DNA of 64,000 nucleotides from assembly GCA_002478945.1 (NCBI GenBank), contig DLKM01000025.1, positions 46,557-110,556 of the forward strand. Reading direction: 5' to 3'. The stretch's first letter is position 1; each line of letters starts with the position of its first letter. The notes beneath the pieces are model-generated. The model was given only the letters and a program-made list of their open reading frames with translations. It did no database searches and was not told the DNA's origin. This document shows positions 8,954-18,861 of the stretch, piece by piece. Source of the DNA: Christensenella sp. UBA7588. GTDB lineage: Bacteria > Bacillota > Clostridia > Christensenellales > CAG-917. A program made the position numbers and the translations under genes.

Positions 8954-10998
8954 TTCACCTTGTAATAATCGTCTTTTTTAACTTTCGTCGTGAGTTTTCC
9001 AAAGGAAATCTGCGCTTCTCCTCTTTGATTGATAGACACGAGTTTTCCTTTCTTTTGCAAAGATTTGACAAAAACGTTATCTCCGATTTTCAGCGGAGAA
9101 TCGTCGGGAACGTCCTCTACGACCGCCTCTTTTTCATAATCGGCAGACATAGTTTCAAGTTGTTTGCGGAGTTTTCTCGCTTCGAACAAATCTTTATCCT
9201 CGATTTGAGGCTTGTTGAGAATCTCTTTGATTTTGTCAAGCACTTCGTTCGCTTCTTCGACGCTGTTTTCGATGAGGCGTTTCGTCTCTTTGCGGATATT
9301 TTCGTCGAGTTTTTCGCGCTTTTCTTCGATACGCTTTTTCTCGTTCTCTGCGTCTTTAAGTGCTTTTGCGGCGTTTTCTCTGTCTATCGACGCTTCGCTC
9401 ACGAGTTGCGCCGCTTTCATTCTCGTCTGCTCTGCCGCCGTCAAAACCGTGTCGAATTGACGCTTTTCGGCGGAAATTCTGCTCTTTGCGTTTTCGACTA
9501 TGTCCTCTTGCAAGCCGAGTTTGCGCGCGATAGCGAGCGCGTTTGACGCTCCGATTGCGCCCATAACGAGTTTGAACGTCGGAGAAAACGTTTCGCTGTT
9601 AAACTCCATCGAGGCCGCAACGACGCCTTTCGTGACCAAAGCAAATTCTTTGAGGTCGTTAAAGTGCGACGTTATAAGCGATTTGCACCCGACCTTAAGG
9701 AGATGCTCCGCAATGCTCACGGCAAGAGCCGCGCCCTCTCCCGGGTCGGTACCTGCGCCCAATTCGTCAAACAATACGAGCGAATCGGAAGTGATAACGT
9801 TCAAAATTCCAATCGTATTCTTGATATGCGACGAGAAAGTAGACAAACTTTGCTGTATACTCTGCTCGTCTCCTATATCGCTGTAAACGCCGTCGAATAT
9901 GGCAATATCCGCTTGTTTGGCAGGCACGAAAAGTCCGCTCATAGCCATAAGCGTAAACAATCCGACAAGTTTGAGCGTAACTGTTTTTCCGCCCGTATTC
10001 GGACCAGTTATGAGCAACATTTTGTCCTCTTTTTCGAGCGCAAGCGACACGGGAACGACTTTATGCTTATCGATAAGCGGATGTCTGCCCGAACGGATAT
10101 TGACGTATCCGTCCTTATTGAGCGTAGGTCTGATTGCCTGATACTCTCTTGCGAGTTGCGCTTTTGCGAATATCATATCGAGGTCGACGATATTTTGATA
10201 CGACCACGATACGTTGTCTGCGCAACCCATAATCGTAGACGAAAAATTGCGCAGAATTTTTTCGATTTCAAGTTGTTCGTTGACAAGCTCGACTTTCAAT
10301 TCGTTGTTAAGCTCGACGACTTGCATCGGCTCTACGAACAGAGTCGAACCCGACGCCGACTGGTCGTGAACGAGACCGGGAATAGAACCCTTGAAATCGC
10401 TTTTGAGAGGAATAACGTATCTGTCCCCTCTCATCGTTACGATGCTGTCTTGCAAATATTTGGAATATTGCGGAGACGTGATAAACACTTGAAGTTTTGT
10501 GCGCACGTTTTCGTTGAGTTTGCGTATGCGGATACGAATCTGTCTCAACTCCGCCGTAGCGTTGTCCCACACTTCCGTTTCGCTTAAAAACGCCTCGAAA
10601 ATGCTTTTTTCAAGCGGCTCGTTTTCGTAAAGTCTCGATGCCATATCGTAAAGAATCGGGCAATCTTTTACGTTGAGAAGCGTTCTTTTGATATTGTGCG
10701 CAACGCGAAGCGACCTACCGACTTTCAAAATCTCGGGGATTGAAAGCACCGCTCCTTTTTTTGCCTTGACAAGCACGTCTGCAATATCGTCAACGGCAAA
10801 ATTCGGAGAAAGCGAGTATTCGAACAACACTTTATCCGCTTCCGCCGTTTCGTTGAGGGCGTCGTCGGCTTCGCTTATGGTCTCGAAAGGAACGAGGCTT
10901 TTTGCCTTTTTCTTTCCGCCTTGCGATTGAGCGAAGTCGCTCAATCTTGCAAGTATTGCGGGATATTCGAGAGTGTTAAGACTTTTTTGGTCAAACAT
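8950..10998 (-). CDS. mutS2: MutS2-family endonuclease/ribosome-rescue ATPase, apparently lacking the C-terminal Smr domain
   Basis: Walker A GPNTGGKT, DELGAGTDP, a long coiled-coil and a KOW-like C-terminus (GDNVFVKSLQKKGKLV). The ORF ends at 682 aa with no Smr-like HGxG segment. Confidence 0.85.
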   Translation of the reverse strand: MFDQKSLNTLEYPAILARLSDFAQSQGGKKKAKSLVPFETISEADDALNETAEADKVLFEYSLSPNFAVDDIADVLVKAKKGAVLSIPEILKVGRSLRVAHNIKRTLLNVKDCPILYDMASRLYENEPLEKSIFEAFLSETEVWDNATAELRQIRIRIRKLNENVRTKLQVFITSPQYSKYLQDSIVTMRGDRYVIPLKSDFKGSIPGLVHDQSASGSTLFVEPMQVVELNNELKVELVNEQLEIEKILRNFSSTIMGCADNVSWSYQNIVDLDMIFAKAQLAREYQAIRPTLNKDGYVNIRSGRHPLIDKHKVVPVSLALEKEDKMLLITGPNTGGKTVTLKLVGLFTLMAMSGLFVPAKQADIAIFDGVYSDIGDEQSIQQSLSTFSSHIKNTIGILNVITSDSLVLFDELGAGTDPGEGAALAVSIAEHLLKVGCKSLITSHFNDLKEFALVTKGVVAASMEFNSETFSPTFKLVMGAIGASNALAIARKLGLQEDIVENAKSRISAEKRQFDTVLTAAEQTRMKAAQLVSEASIDRENAAKALKDAENEKKRIEEKREKLDENIRKETKRLIENSVEEANEVLDKIKEILNKPQIEDKDLFEARKLRKQLETMSADYEKEAVVEDVPDDSPLKIGDNVFVKSLQKKGKLVSINQRGEAQISFGKLTTKVKKDDYYKVK

Positions 10999-11026
10999 AC
11001 TTTCCTTACGTCAACGAATCGTTGAC

Positions 11027-13426
11027 TTATCTGATTTTCGCTCCGACTTTGCGTTTGAGTACGGAGAGAATTTTTGCCATTTCGGTTGCGATTTCTTCGT
11101 CCGTAAGCGTGCGCTCGAGAGATGAGAACGCAAAGCTCATAGCAACGCTCTTTTTGCCTTGTCCGATTTGCTCGCTCTTGTATGTGTCGAAAACTTTTGC
11201 TTCCGTCAGATATTTGATTTTTGCACCGAGAACGGCGTCAGTCATATCTCCCGCAAGCACGTCGTCGTCAACTACGACAGCGAGGTCTCTTTCGATAATC
11301 GGGAATTTGGAGAATTCGCGGAATTTGCTCTTTTCAAGTGCGTTTCCGTCAAAAATGTCGTCTATTGAAATCTCCGCAACGTACAGTCTGAAATTGTCGA
11401 CGCCGTAGTTGTCCGCTACGTCGGGATGTATCTCTCCGACAAATCCTACGTTTTTGCCGTTTACCATAATCTCCGCGCCTCTGCCAGTATGCAGATACGG
11501 TCTCGTCGAACGTTCGTATTTCTCGTCGATATGCAACGCTTTGAACATTTGCTCCAACGCGCCTTTAACGGTAAAGAAATCAACGCCCTCTCCGTACATA
11601 CCGATGCAAAGTCTGCTTTGCTCGTAAGGCAATTCCTTGAGCGGAAGTTCCTTGGGCAAATAAACGTTTGCGACCTCGAAAAGGCTTGCGCTCTTATTGA
11701 AGTGCGTGACGTTGTAGCACAAAGTTTCAATCATACTGTGAGTGAGAGTCGTGCGCATTACACTCAACGCTTCTCCGAGCGGATTTACGAGCTTGATTGC
11801 GTTGCGAGCGTTATCGTCTGCGGCAAGATTGAGTTGCGACGCAAACTTCGGAGAGGTAAACGAATAAGTTACGCTCTCGGACAATCCGCACGCGCTGAGA
11901 GTGTTCTTGATGACGTTGATAAACTTCATCTTATCGGATATTCCGCCCTTCGTCAGCGTAGCGTATTCAAACAAAGTGGGTTTGATGTGGCTATAGCCGT
12001 ACACTCTGATAAATTCCTCTGCGATGTCGTTGACTCCGACTATATCGTCTCTGTCCTCTTTCACTCTTGCGACGAGGCATTTATCCCCTTCGACCACTTC
12101 GATTCCCAATCTTTCGAGTATGGGAATCAATGCGGCTTTCGGCACTTTACAGCCCAAAATCTCTTGAAGTTTTTTGGTCGTGAACTTAATTTCGCGCACT
12201 TTTTGGTAATCGACCTTTACGTCGATAATGCCCTCGACGATGTCGCCTGCACCCATTTGGTATACGAGCGTCAACGCGCGTTTCAAGCCGTATTCCTGCG
12301 ATGCGAAATCGATGCCTTTTTCAAATCTTGCGGAACTGTCCGAACGCAGATTGAGTGCGCGAGACGTGCGTCTCACGTTGTCGCGAGCAAATTTTGCGGA
12401 TTCAAAAACTACTTCCGTGGTATCGGGTTGAATACCGCTGTTTTCTCCGCCCATAATGCCTGCCACCGCCACGGGTTTGTATGCGTCGCAGATGACCAAC
12501 ATACTATCGTTGAGTTTATTTTTCTTACCGTCGAGAGTCTCGATTGTTTCGCCGTTTTGCGCGTTGCGCACGACGATTTTGTCGCCTTCGAGTTCTCTCT
12601 TGTCAAAAGAGTGCATCGGCTGTCCGATTTCGGTAAGAACGTAGTTGGTAATATCAACGATATTATTTATTGGACGAATGCCCACCGCGCGCAATCTCGA
12701 TTTGATTTTTTGCGAGGACGGGAAAATTTTGATATTCTTCACGCCTGCCGCCATATATCTGGGGCAAAGTTCTTGATTTTGCACTTCTACGCTGACCATA
12801 TCGGAAACTTTTGCTCCGCAGTCGCAAACTTTATAGTCGATTTCAGGTTCTCTGCAAGAGGTCTTGAGCGCAACGGCAACTTCTTTTGCCATTTTGTAAA
12901 CGCTGTTGCAGTCGGGACGATTCGCAGTCACGCCTATATCGAGAATAACGTCGTCGTAGCCGAGTGCCTTGAGAGCGTTTTGACCGAGTTCCGTACCTTC
13001 TTCGAATCTGATAATATCTCCGAGTTTTTGATTTTGGACGTCGTCCTCCGTAACGCCGACTTCTTCGAGTCCGCAAAGCATACCTTCGCTCACGACTCCC
13101 CTCAATTCGCCTTTTTTGATGACGTGTCCGTCCGCAAGTTTCGCGCCGTCGAGAGCGACTGCGATTGTCTCGCCGCCTTCTACGGGAACGTTGGTAACGA
13201 CTTGAATCGTATTTGCGCCGACGTCTATTTGAGTAACGCGCAAACGGTCTGCATTCGGATGTTTGTCGACTTTGACGATTTTACCGACGACGACGTTCGT
13301 CGCTTTGTTTTCCTGATATGTGATTTCTTCCACCTCAAAGCCGATTGCAACGAGTTTTTTTGCAAGAACTTCGGGTTTGACGTTAATATCGACGTAATCT
13401 TTGAGCCAAGAAATAGGAACTAACAT
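11027..13426 (-). CDS. pheT: Phenylalanine--tRNA ligase beta subunit
   Basis: MLVPISWLKDYV start, 799 aa, tRNA-binding/B3-4/B5 layout, immediately downstream of pheS. Confidence 0.95.
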   Translation of the reverse strand: MLVPISWLKDYVDINVKPEVLAKKLVAIGFEVEEITYQENKATNVVVGKIVKVDKHPNADRLRVTQIDVGANTIQVVTNVPVEGGETIAVALDGAKLADGHVIKKGELRGVVSEGMLCGLEEVGVTEDDVQNQKLGDIIRFEEGTELGQNALKALGYDDVILDIGVTANRPDCNSVYKMAKEVAVALKTSCREPEIDYKVCDCGAKVSDMVSVEVQNQELCPRYMAAGVKNIKIFPSSQKIKSRLRAVGIRPINNIVDITNYVLTEIGQPMHSFDKRELEGDKIVVRNAQNGETIETLDGKKNKLNDSMLVICDAYKPVAVAGIMGGENSGIQPDTTEVVFESAKFARDNVRRTSRALNLRSDSSARFEKGIDFASQEYGLKRALTLVYQMGAGDIVEGIIDVKVDYQKVREIKFTTKKLQEILGCKVPKAALIPILERLGIEVVEGDKCLVARVKEDRDDIVGVNDIAEEFIRVYGYSHIKPTLFEYATLTKGGISDKMKFINVIKNTLSACGLSESVTYSFTSPKFASQLNLAADDNARNAIKLVNPLGEALSVMRTTLTHSMIETLCYNVTHFNKSASLFEVANVYLPKELPLKELPYEQSRLCIGMYGEGVDFFTVKGALEQMFKALHIDEKYERSTRPYLHTGRGAEIMVNGKNVGFVGEIHPDVADNYGVDNFRLYVAEISIDDIFDGNALEKSKFREFSKFPIIERDLAVVVDDDVLAGDMTDAVLGAKIKYLTEAKVFDTYKSEQIGQGKKSVAMSFAFSSLERTLTDEEIATEMAKILSVLKRKVGAKIR

Positions 13427-13438
13427 ATCTGCGCCTCC

Positions 13439-14458
13439 TTAGTTGAATTGTTTGAGAAAACGCACGTCGTTTTCATAGAGCATTTTGATGTTGGGAATGC
13501 CGTATTTTATCATAGCGATACGGTCGATACCGAATCCGAATGCAAATCCGCTGTATACGCTGCTGTCGATGCCGCACATATCCAAAACGGCAGGATTTAC
13601 GATGCCTGCGCCGAGAATCTCCACCCAGCCCGTGCCTTTGCACACTCTGCAACCTTTGCCGTGGCACATAGAGCAGGTTACGTCAACCTCGACAGACGGC
13701 TCGGTAAACGGGAAATAGGACGGGCGCAAACGCACTTTCGTATCCTTTGAGAATATCTTTTCCGCAAAAGTTTGCAAACAGCCTTGCAAGTCTCCCATCG
13801 TGATGTGCTTGTCAATCGCAAGACCCTCGAATTGATTGAAAATGGGGCTATGAGACGCGTCGTCGTCGCTTCTGTATACTTTTCCCGGCGATACGATGCG
13901 GATAGGCGGTTGTTGAGATTGCATTATTCTTGCCTGAACCGCAGACGTTTGAGTACGCAAAACGACGTTATCGTTGACGTAGAACGTGTCTTGCATATCT
14001 CTTGCGGGATGGTCTTTAGGAACGTTGAGCAACTGGAAGTTGTACAAATCGCTTTCGATTTCGGGACCTTCCGCAACCGAAAAGCCCATACTCGTAAATA
14101 TATCGATAAGCTCTCTCGTTATAAGCGTGAGCGGATGAAGCGTGCCGACTTTGGCATTGTCTGCGGGAAGCGTCACGTCGATTTCTTCCGCTTTGAGACG
14201 AGCGAGTTTTTCTTCTCTCTCGATTTGAGCGGTTTTTGCGTTAAGCGCGCCCTCGACCGCTCCTCTCAACTCGTTGACGAGTTTGCCCATATTAGGTCGT
14301 TCTTCTTTGGGAACGTTTGCCATATCTCTCATAAGCAAGGAGATTTCTCCGCTTTTGCCGAGATATTTGACTCTGACGTTATTAAGTTCCGCAGACGTAG
14401 ACGCTTTTTCTATCATCTCGAGAGCGGAATTTTTGATGCCGTCCATCTTTTCTTTCAT
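13439..14458 (-). CDS. pheS: Phenylalanine--tRNA ligase alpha subunit
   Basis: HPARDMQDTFY, class II aaRS motifs (FRPSYFPFTEPS, GFAFGFGIDR), 339 aa. Confidence 0.95.
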   Translation of the reverse strand: MKEKMDGIKNSALEMIEKASTSAELNNVRVKYLGKSGEISLLMRDMANVPKEERPNMGKLVNELRGAVEGALNAKTAQIEREEKLARLKAEEIDVTLPADNAKVGTLHPLTLITRELIDIFTSMGFSVAEGPEIESDLYNFQLLNVPKDHPARDMQDTFYVNDNVVLRTQTSAVQARIMQSQQPPIRIVSPGKVYRSDDDASHSPIFNQFEGLAIDKHITMGDLQGCLQTFAEKIFSKDTKVRLRPSYFPFTEPSVEVDVTCSMCHGKGCRVCKGTGWVEILGAGIVNPAVLDMCGIDSSVYSGFAFGFGIDRIAMIKYGIPNIKMLYENDVRFLKQFN

Positions 14459-14515
14459 AAAATACTCCTGACAAAACTTGCACTCGCGCTTGCGTGTGCG
14501 TGTGATAACTAAAAA

Positions 14516-14544
14516 ATGATAACAAACTTAAAAATTTATGTCAA
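14516..14544 (-). promoter_or_regulatory. Putative sigma-A promoter of pheST
   Basis: Minus strand TTGACA (14544-14539), 17-nt spacer, TGtTATCAT (-10 at 14521-14516). This leaves a leader of only ~50 nt. Confidence 0.45.
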
Positions 14545-14680
14545 CAAATTATGACACAAACTCGAAAAGCCGTTTTCCGTTTCACGGCAAAAACGTAAAA
14601 AACGCACTCAAATCCGTGCGAAAATCGATACTTAAGCAATCTTCAAAAACGAATAAAGAGTTTTTATTTTTTAATCGCTT

Positions 14681-16063
14681 CTATTCCTTAACCACCACCG
14701 TCACGTCCAAAGGCTTTTTTGCAAGTTTTACAAGATGCGTTCCCTTAAGCAAGGTGTTCCCGAGATAAAGTTTTTCCTGTTCTCCGCGCTTTATTTTCAA
14801 GTGATGATATACGTCGTTTGCCTGAAATACCAAATCCGCGCTAACCACGTTTTTGGGCAAATGAGGGGATACGCGCAGCACGTCTCCGTTGACAGATAAA
14901 CCGAAATTTACGTTTGAAAACTTATATACAGGTTCAAAAGTATTCTCAAAATCGACGATTTTTGTAATTGTATTAAACTTTTTGGCATTATTTTTATCGT
15001 CAAAGTACAGTTTCATAAAAGCGTCGGATTTGAGAGCGACGGCAAGCATAGACAGGTTTTCCTTTTGCTTGACAAGACAAAATCTCGTACCGAAGAAGGT
15101 TTTTTGGCTCGTATCTATATGTCCTGCAGACGACGTTTGCATATACTTCTCCGCTCTTACCGCATACATAAATTCGTCGATGTTTTCTTTGTCGCTCAAC
15201 TTTGAAAACAAACTCAAAAAATTGATTTTTTGCGTTTCGGTAGCGTTTACGAAACTTTCGAATTTATCGAATATTTCGAGAGGCGAATAATGCCTCGAAA
15301 AATCGTAATACAATATGCATTGAATTGAATCTACCACCCTCGTGTAACAACGATATATTCTGTCCGCCGTGTCCACGAGCGCGCCTTTATGCGATTCTCC
15401 CCCGTAATTCGACTCTATCGCGCAAAGGCTCAAAAACAATTTCGACTTCGAATAATCTTTATATTTTTTATCGCTTGCAAGCAAACCGTCGTCTTTGGCG
15501 TATTTTTTTGCGATTTTCATTGCTTTTGCGATAGTTCGCAAATCGTTGTATATAAAATAGGTTTTTTCCAATAAAACGTACAAAAACGCCTCTTTCATTG
15601 CCATAATTTCAGAAAAAGAGAGCGTTCGCACCTTGTTTTGCGCGTCAAAAAGCGTTTTTACCCTGTCTGCTATAAAAATGTAGTCCGATTGCGCAAGGCA
15701 AAATCTGGCAAGATTCACGCATCTCGGCTCGTTGTCGACGCTTGCAAGATTTGCAAGAGAGGAATAATTCATCTTTAACAGAGGTTGCAAAACGTCTTTA
15801 TTCTCAAGAAAATCGTCAAAAACGCCTTTATATTTTTTGTTTTTAAGGCAAAACTCAATAAATTTTATATTGCGCTTATAATACTTGTCTTTTGTCGAAC
15901 TGCCCTCTTTTGGCAAAGCGGATTCGCGTGCGTATTCGTCGCACGCCTCGTTGTATTCGCTTTCTTTAAGGCAAGAAAACGTTTTTTCGCGAGGTTTTTC
16001 ACGCGTCAGCAGATATATTGCGAAGAAAATCGCCACGGTAACTACGGTAATTGCATAAACCAT
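14681..16063 (-). CDS. Hypothetical N-terminally membrane-anchored protein, 460 aa
   Basis: Long ORF with a single N-terminal TM helix. No family recognised. Confidence 0.5.
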   Translation of the reverse strand: MVYAITVVTVAIFFAIYLLTREKPREKTFSCLKESEYNEACDEYARESALPKEGSSTKDKYYKRNIKFIEFCLKNKKYKGVFDDFLENKDVLQPLLKMNYSSLANLASVDNEPRCVNLARFCLAQSDYIFIADRVKTLFDAQNKVRTLSFSEIMAMKEAFLYVLLEKTYFIYNDLRTIAKAMKIAKKYAKDDGLLASDKKYKDYSKSKLFLSLCAIESNYGGESHKGALVDTADRIYRCYTRVVDSIQCILYYDFSRHYSPLEIFDKFESFVNATETQKINFLSLFSKLSDKENIDEFMYAVRAEKYMQTSSAGHIDTSQKTFFGTRFCLVKQKENLSMLAVALKSDAFMKLYFDDKNNAKKFNTITKIVDFENTFEPVYKFSNVNFGLSVNGDVLRVSPHLPKNVVSADLVFQANDVYHHLKIKRGEQEKLYLGNTLLKGTHLVKLAKKPLDVTVVVKE

Positions 16064-16094
16064 ACTCTATTTATTGCCATAAAGAGAGTTTTTA

Positions 16095-16127
16095 GGCGGA
16101 TAAAAGAAAAAAGAAGGCTCGCGCGCC
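16095..16127 (-). terminator. Rho-independent terminator downstream of rnpB
   Basis: aaaaaaGAAGGCtcgcgcGCCTTCtttttt: GC stem with flanking A and T runs. Confidence 0.6.
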
Positions 16128-16140
16128 TTCTTTTTTCATA

Positions 16141-16461
16141 GCGAGATTAGTCTGTAAGCCGAGTTCTGTGTTTGACGGTCATCTATCTAGGACGTACATT
16201 TCTGCACGCCTCAAGCGATGTCGGGAACTTGCGGGCCACATTTTATGTTCCCTATCTTGCATCGAGTGGGGTTTACATCGCGCATTGTCGCCAAATTGCG
16301 GGTGAGCTTTTACCTCGCCTTTCCATCCTTACCGAAAAATCGGCGGTTTTTTTCTGTTGCACTATCCTTGAAGTCGCCTTCACCGGGAGTTACCCGGCAC
16401 CCGTGCCCTGTGATGCTCGGACTTTCCTCAAATATTTCATGCGACCGTCCGGCTAACTCGC
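16141..16461 (-). ncRNA. rnpB: RNase P RNA (type-A-like bacterial architecture)
   Basis: The minus strand contains GAGGAAAGUCCGAGC (CR-I), GGGUAACUCCCGG, AGUGCAACAGAAA, GGUAAG...GAAAGG, CCUAGAUAGAUGAC and ACAGAACUCGGCUUACAG (CR-V), collinear with E. coli M1 RNA. The 5' GCGAGUUAG pairs with the 3' CUAAUCUCGC (P1). Confidence 0.9.
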
Positions 16462-16541
16462 ATATAAATTAAATCACATTAGCGGCAAAAAATCAAACGG
16501 ATTGAACGCTATATGTGATTTTTTCCAAAGTTTTTGCGATT

Positions 16542-17144
16542 TCAGACGTCAAAAATTTCCGTTGAATCCGCTTGTTCGGTCTCTTGATGCGATTTAAGGT
16601 AACTTTGCCACGCAGCCACGAGTACCGCGCTGTTTTCCTGCCTGTAACTGACGGAAAAACGCCACAATCCGCCCGCATATCCTTTATAGACGGCTCTGAA
16701 CGGTTGCAATTCCAACTTGTCGTATTTGAATCTGTGCTTAATTCCGAAAGTATTTGTGTAAACGCAGTAGTCGCTTTCGACCTGTATTCTCCAATTCAGC
16801 GGACATATAAGCAAAAACAGCGTCATCAAATCGATAAGGGAAAACGCCATTGCCAAAACCATATTCTCCTCGGGCGTACCGAGCGACTTAAAGTCTCCCG
16901 TCGGGTCAAATATCAGCCAAAGCAATAACAACCAAAACAACACCGAACCTGCAAGCCCGACGCCGACGTAGACGCTGTTCCACCTTATGTATTTATTTCT
17001 CTCGAGGAAAAACTTTTTCCTGTCTACAAACATATATTTGCAAAACAAAATCAATCCCCAAAGAAACAATGCGGACAGAATCGCAAAAATTACGTACGAA
17101 ACGATGTGTATTGCCTTTGCGTTTACGACTTGACCGTCAATCAT
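16542..17144 (-). CDS. Hypothetical multi-pass membrane protein
   Basis: 200-aa ORF with several hydrophobic helices. Overlaps the recN stop by 8 nt. Confidence 0.45.
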   Translation of the reverse strand: MIDGQVVNAKAIHIVSYVIFAILSALFLWGLILFCKYMFVDRKKFFLERNKYIRWNSVYVGVGLAGSVLFWLLLLWLIFDPTGDFKSLGTPEENMVLAMAFSLIDLMTLFLLICPLNWRIQVESDYCVYTNTFGIKHRFKYDKLELQPFRAVYKGYAGGLWRFSVSYRQENSAVLVAAWQSYLKSHQETEQADSTEIFDV

Positions 17145-18843
17145 TTTTCTTCTCCGACAAAGACTGTTTGTATCTTTGCGCCCACGCTTTCATTTCGAGA
17201 GCGTGAGGTACGGCATACTTGCTGTAATCGTTTCCACCGATAAGGCGCGCAACCTCGTCGGTATCGTCCTCGAGCAAATCGACGTGCGTAAGCGTTTTTC
17301 CGTTTTGAGTCGATTTTGCAATGAGATAATGGCTGTCTGCCATAGCGGCAAGCGAAGGCATATGCGTGACGGCAATAACCTGCCTATTGCGAGAGATGTT
17401 GCACATCTTCTCCGACACGACCGCAGATATGTTGCCCGAAATTCCGGTATCTATCTCGTCAAACACCATAGTACCTATGCCGTCGATGCCTGCAACGATG
17501 TTTTTGAACGCAAGCATAAATCGCGACATTTCGCCGCCCGAAATAATCTTTGCGAGCGGTTTCAACGGTTCTCCCACGTTGGGAGAAATCAAAAACTCGA
17601 GCGTGTCTGCGCCGTCTGCGCTTATTTCGTCTGCGTCTTCGGTCGTTGCAATATCGACCTTGAAAGTCGAACCGCTCATTCCGAGGTCGCAAAGTTCTTT
17701 CGTTATGTCTTTTTCGAATTTTACCGCCGTTTTCCTGCGAAGTTCCGTAAGTTTTGCGGCGGACGAAAGCAATTCTTTTTGCGCTTTTGCAATATCTTTT
17801 TCGAGTTTTTCAACCGTTTCCGATGCGTTTTGGAGCATATTTGCCTGCTCTGTCGCTTCGAGATAGAACTTTTGCAATGCGTCGTAACTGCCGCCGTACT
17901 TGTGAAGAATCGTGCGCACGACTTCGAGCCTTTCTTCGATTTTTTCAGCCGAACGAGCGTCGAAATCGAGCCTTTCAAGCATATCCTCGAGAGTGTCGCT
18001 TATATCTGCAATTTCGACTTTTGCGCTGTCAAGCCTGTCGGTCAGGGGCGCAATCGCGTCGTCGTACGATGATATTGTACCGAGGAGCGAGGAACAGTTT
18101 TTGATTGATGCGCTTACGCTCGACGAGTCGTATCCGTCCAAAATGCGCTTTGCGTCCGACAATGCGGAAAGAATCTTTTCCATATTGCGAATACGCTTGC
18201 GTTGCGCCAAAAGTTCTTCTTCCTCTCCGTCTTTTACGTCGGCTTTTTCTATTTCGTCAATCTGATAAGTAAGAACGTCGAGACGGCGTTCTCTCTCGTC
18301 CGCATTGCCGAATTTCGCAAATTCACGCTTTAACGAATGATATTTTTTGTGCAAATCCCCGACTTCTTCTTTGGCTTTTGCGACAGCCGCGCCGCCGATA
18401 TTATCGAGCAATTTGACGTGATTTGCGCTCTTTAGCAAGGACTGATGCTCGTGCTGACCGTGTATGTCGACGAGAAGTTCCGTTAGTCCTTTAAGAACGG
18501 ACAACGTTGACAATCTGCCGTTGATTCTGCACTCGTTTTTGCCGTCTACGCTCATTTTTCTGCGCAGAATAAGTACGTCCTCGACTTCTATGCCCAAGTC
18601 TTGCAAATATGCGTCCACGGACGGAGTAAGATAGTTTTCGAATACAGCCTGAACGACGGCGCAATCCGTGCCGTAGCGAATAAGCGATTTGTCCGCTCTT
18701 TCGCCTAATACGAAATTGAGCGAGTCGATAATAATCGACTTGCCCGCGCCCGTTTCGCCGCTCAGGACGTTCAAACCGTCGGTAAGCGTCAATTCCAGCC
18801 TGTCAATCAAGGCTATGTTTTCTATCGATAATTGTGATAGCAT
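17137..18843 (-). CDS. recN: DNA repair protein RecN
   Basis: N-terminal Walker A LSGETGAGKS, long coiled-coil, C-terminal ISGGEMSR signature and FDEIDTGISG. Confidence 0.92.
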   Translation of the reverse strand: MLSQLSIENIALIDRLELTLTDGLNVLSGETGAGKSIIIDSLNFVLGERADKSLIRYGTDCAVVQAVFENYLTPSVDAYLQDLGIEVEDVLILRRKMSVDGKNECRINGRLSTLSVLKGLTELLVDIHGQHEHQSLLKSANHVKLLDNIGGAAVAKAKEEVGDLHKKYHSLKREFAKFGNADERERRLDVLTYQIDEIEKADVKDGEEEELLAQRKRIRNMEKILSALSDAKRILDGYDSSSVSASIKNCSSLLGTISSYDDAIAPLTDRLDSAKVEIADISDTLEDMLERLDFDARSAEKIEERLEVVRTILHKYGGSYDALQKFYLEATEQANMLQNASETVEKLEKDIAKAQKELLSSAAKLTELRRKTAVKFEKDITKELCDLGMSGSTFKVDIATTEDADEISADGADTLEFLISPNVGEPLKPLAKIISGGEMSRFMLAFKNIVAGIDGIGTMVFDEIDTGISGNISAVVSEKMCNISRNRQVIAVTHMPSLAAMADSHYLIAKSTQNGKTLTHVDLLEDDTDEVARLIGGNDYSKYAVPHALEMKAWAQRYKQSLSEKKND

Positions 18844-18861
18844 TTTTCAAATACGCTGAAA

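Noticed and set aside
11426-13423. Very long antisense ORFs opposite real genes. Examples are 665 aa opposite pheT, 399 aa at 30270-31469 opposite rsmB, 462 aa at 40543-41931 opposite pcrA, 410 aa at 32873-34105 opposite priA, 377 aa at 38958-40091 opposite ligA, 474 aa at 61465-62889 opposite the capsid genes, and 389 aa at 42566-43735 opposite the acidic protein.
   Set aside because: The opposite strand carries confidently recognisable proteins. The antisense translations are Arg/Phe/Val/Cys-rich with no motifs or RBS, and are typical shadow ORFs of this codon usage.
14459-14680. An expected T-box riboswitch leader upstream of pheS, as is common for pheST in Firmicutes.
   Set aside because: No T-box consensus (AGGGTGGTACCGCG-like) or specifier/antiterminator architecture was seen. 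The best promoter leaves a leader of only ~50 nt. The weak hairpins at 14585-14625 look like terminators of the upstream gene.
16172-16472. Two plus-strand ORFs (94 and 84 aa) in the interval 16172-16472.
   Set aside because: They lie entirely within the RNase P RNA gene on the opposite strand and are spurious.
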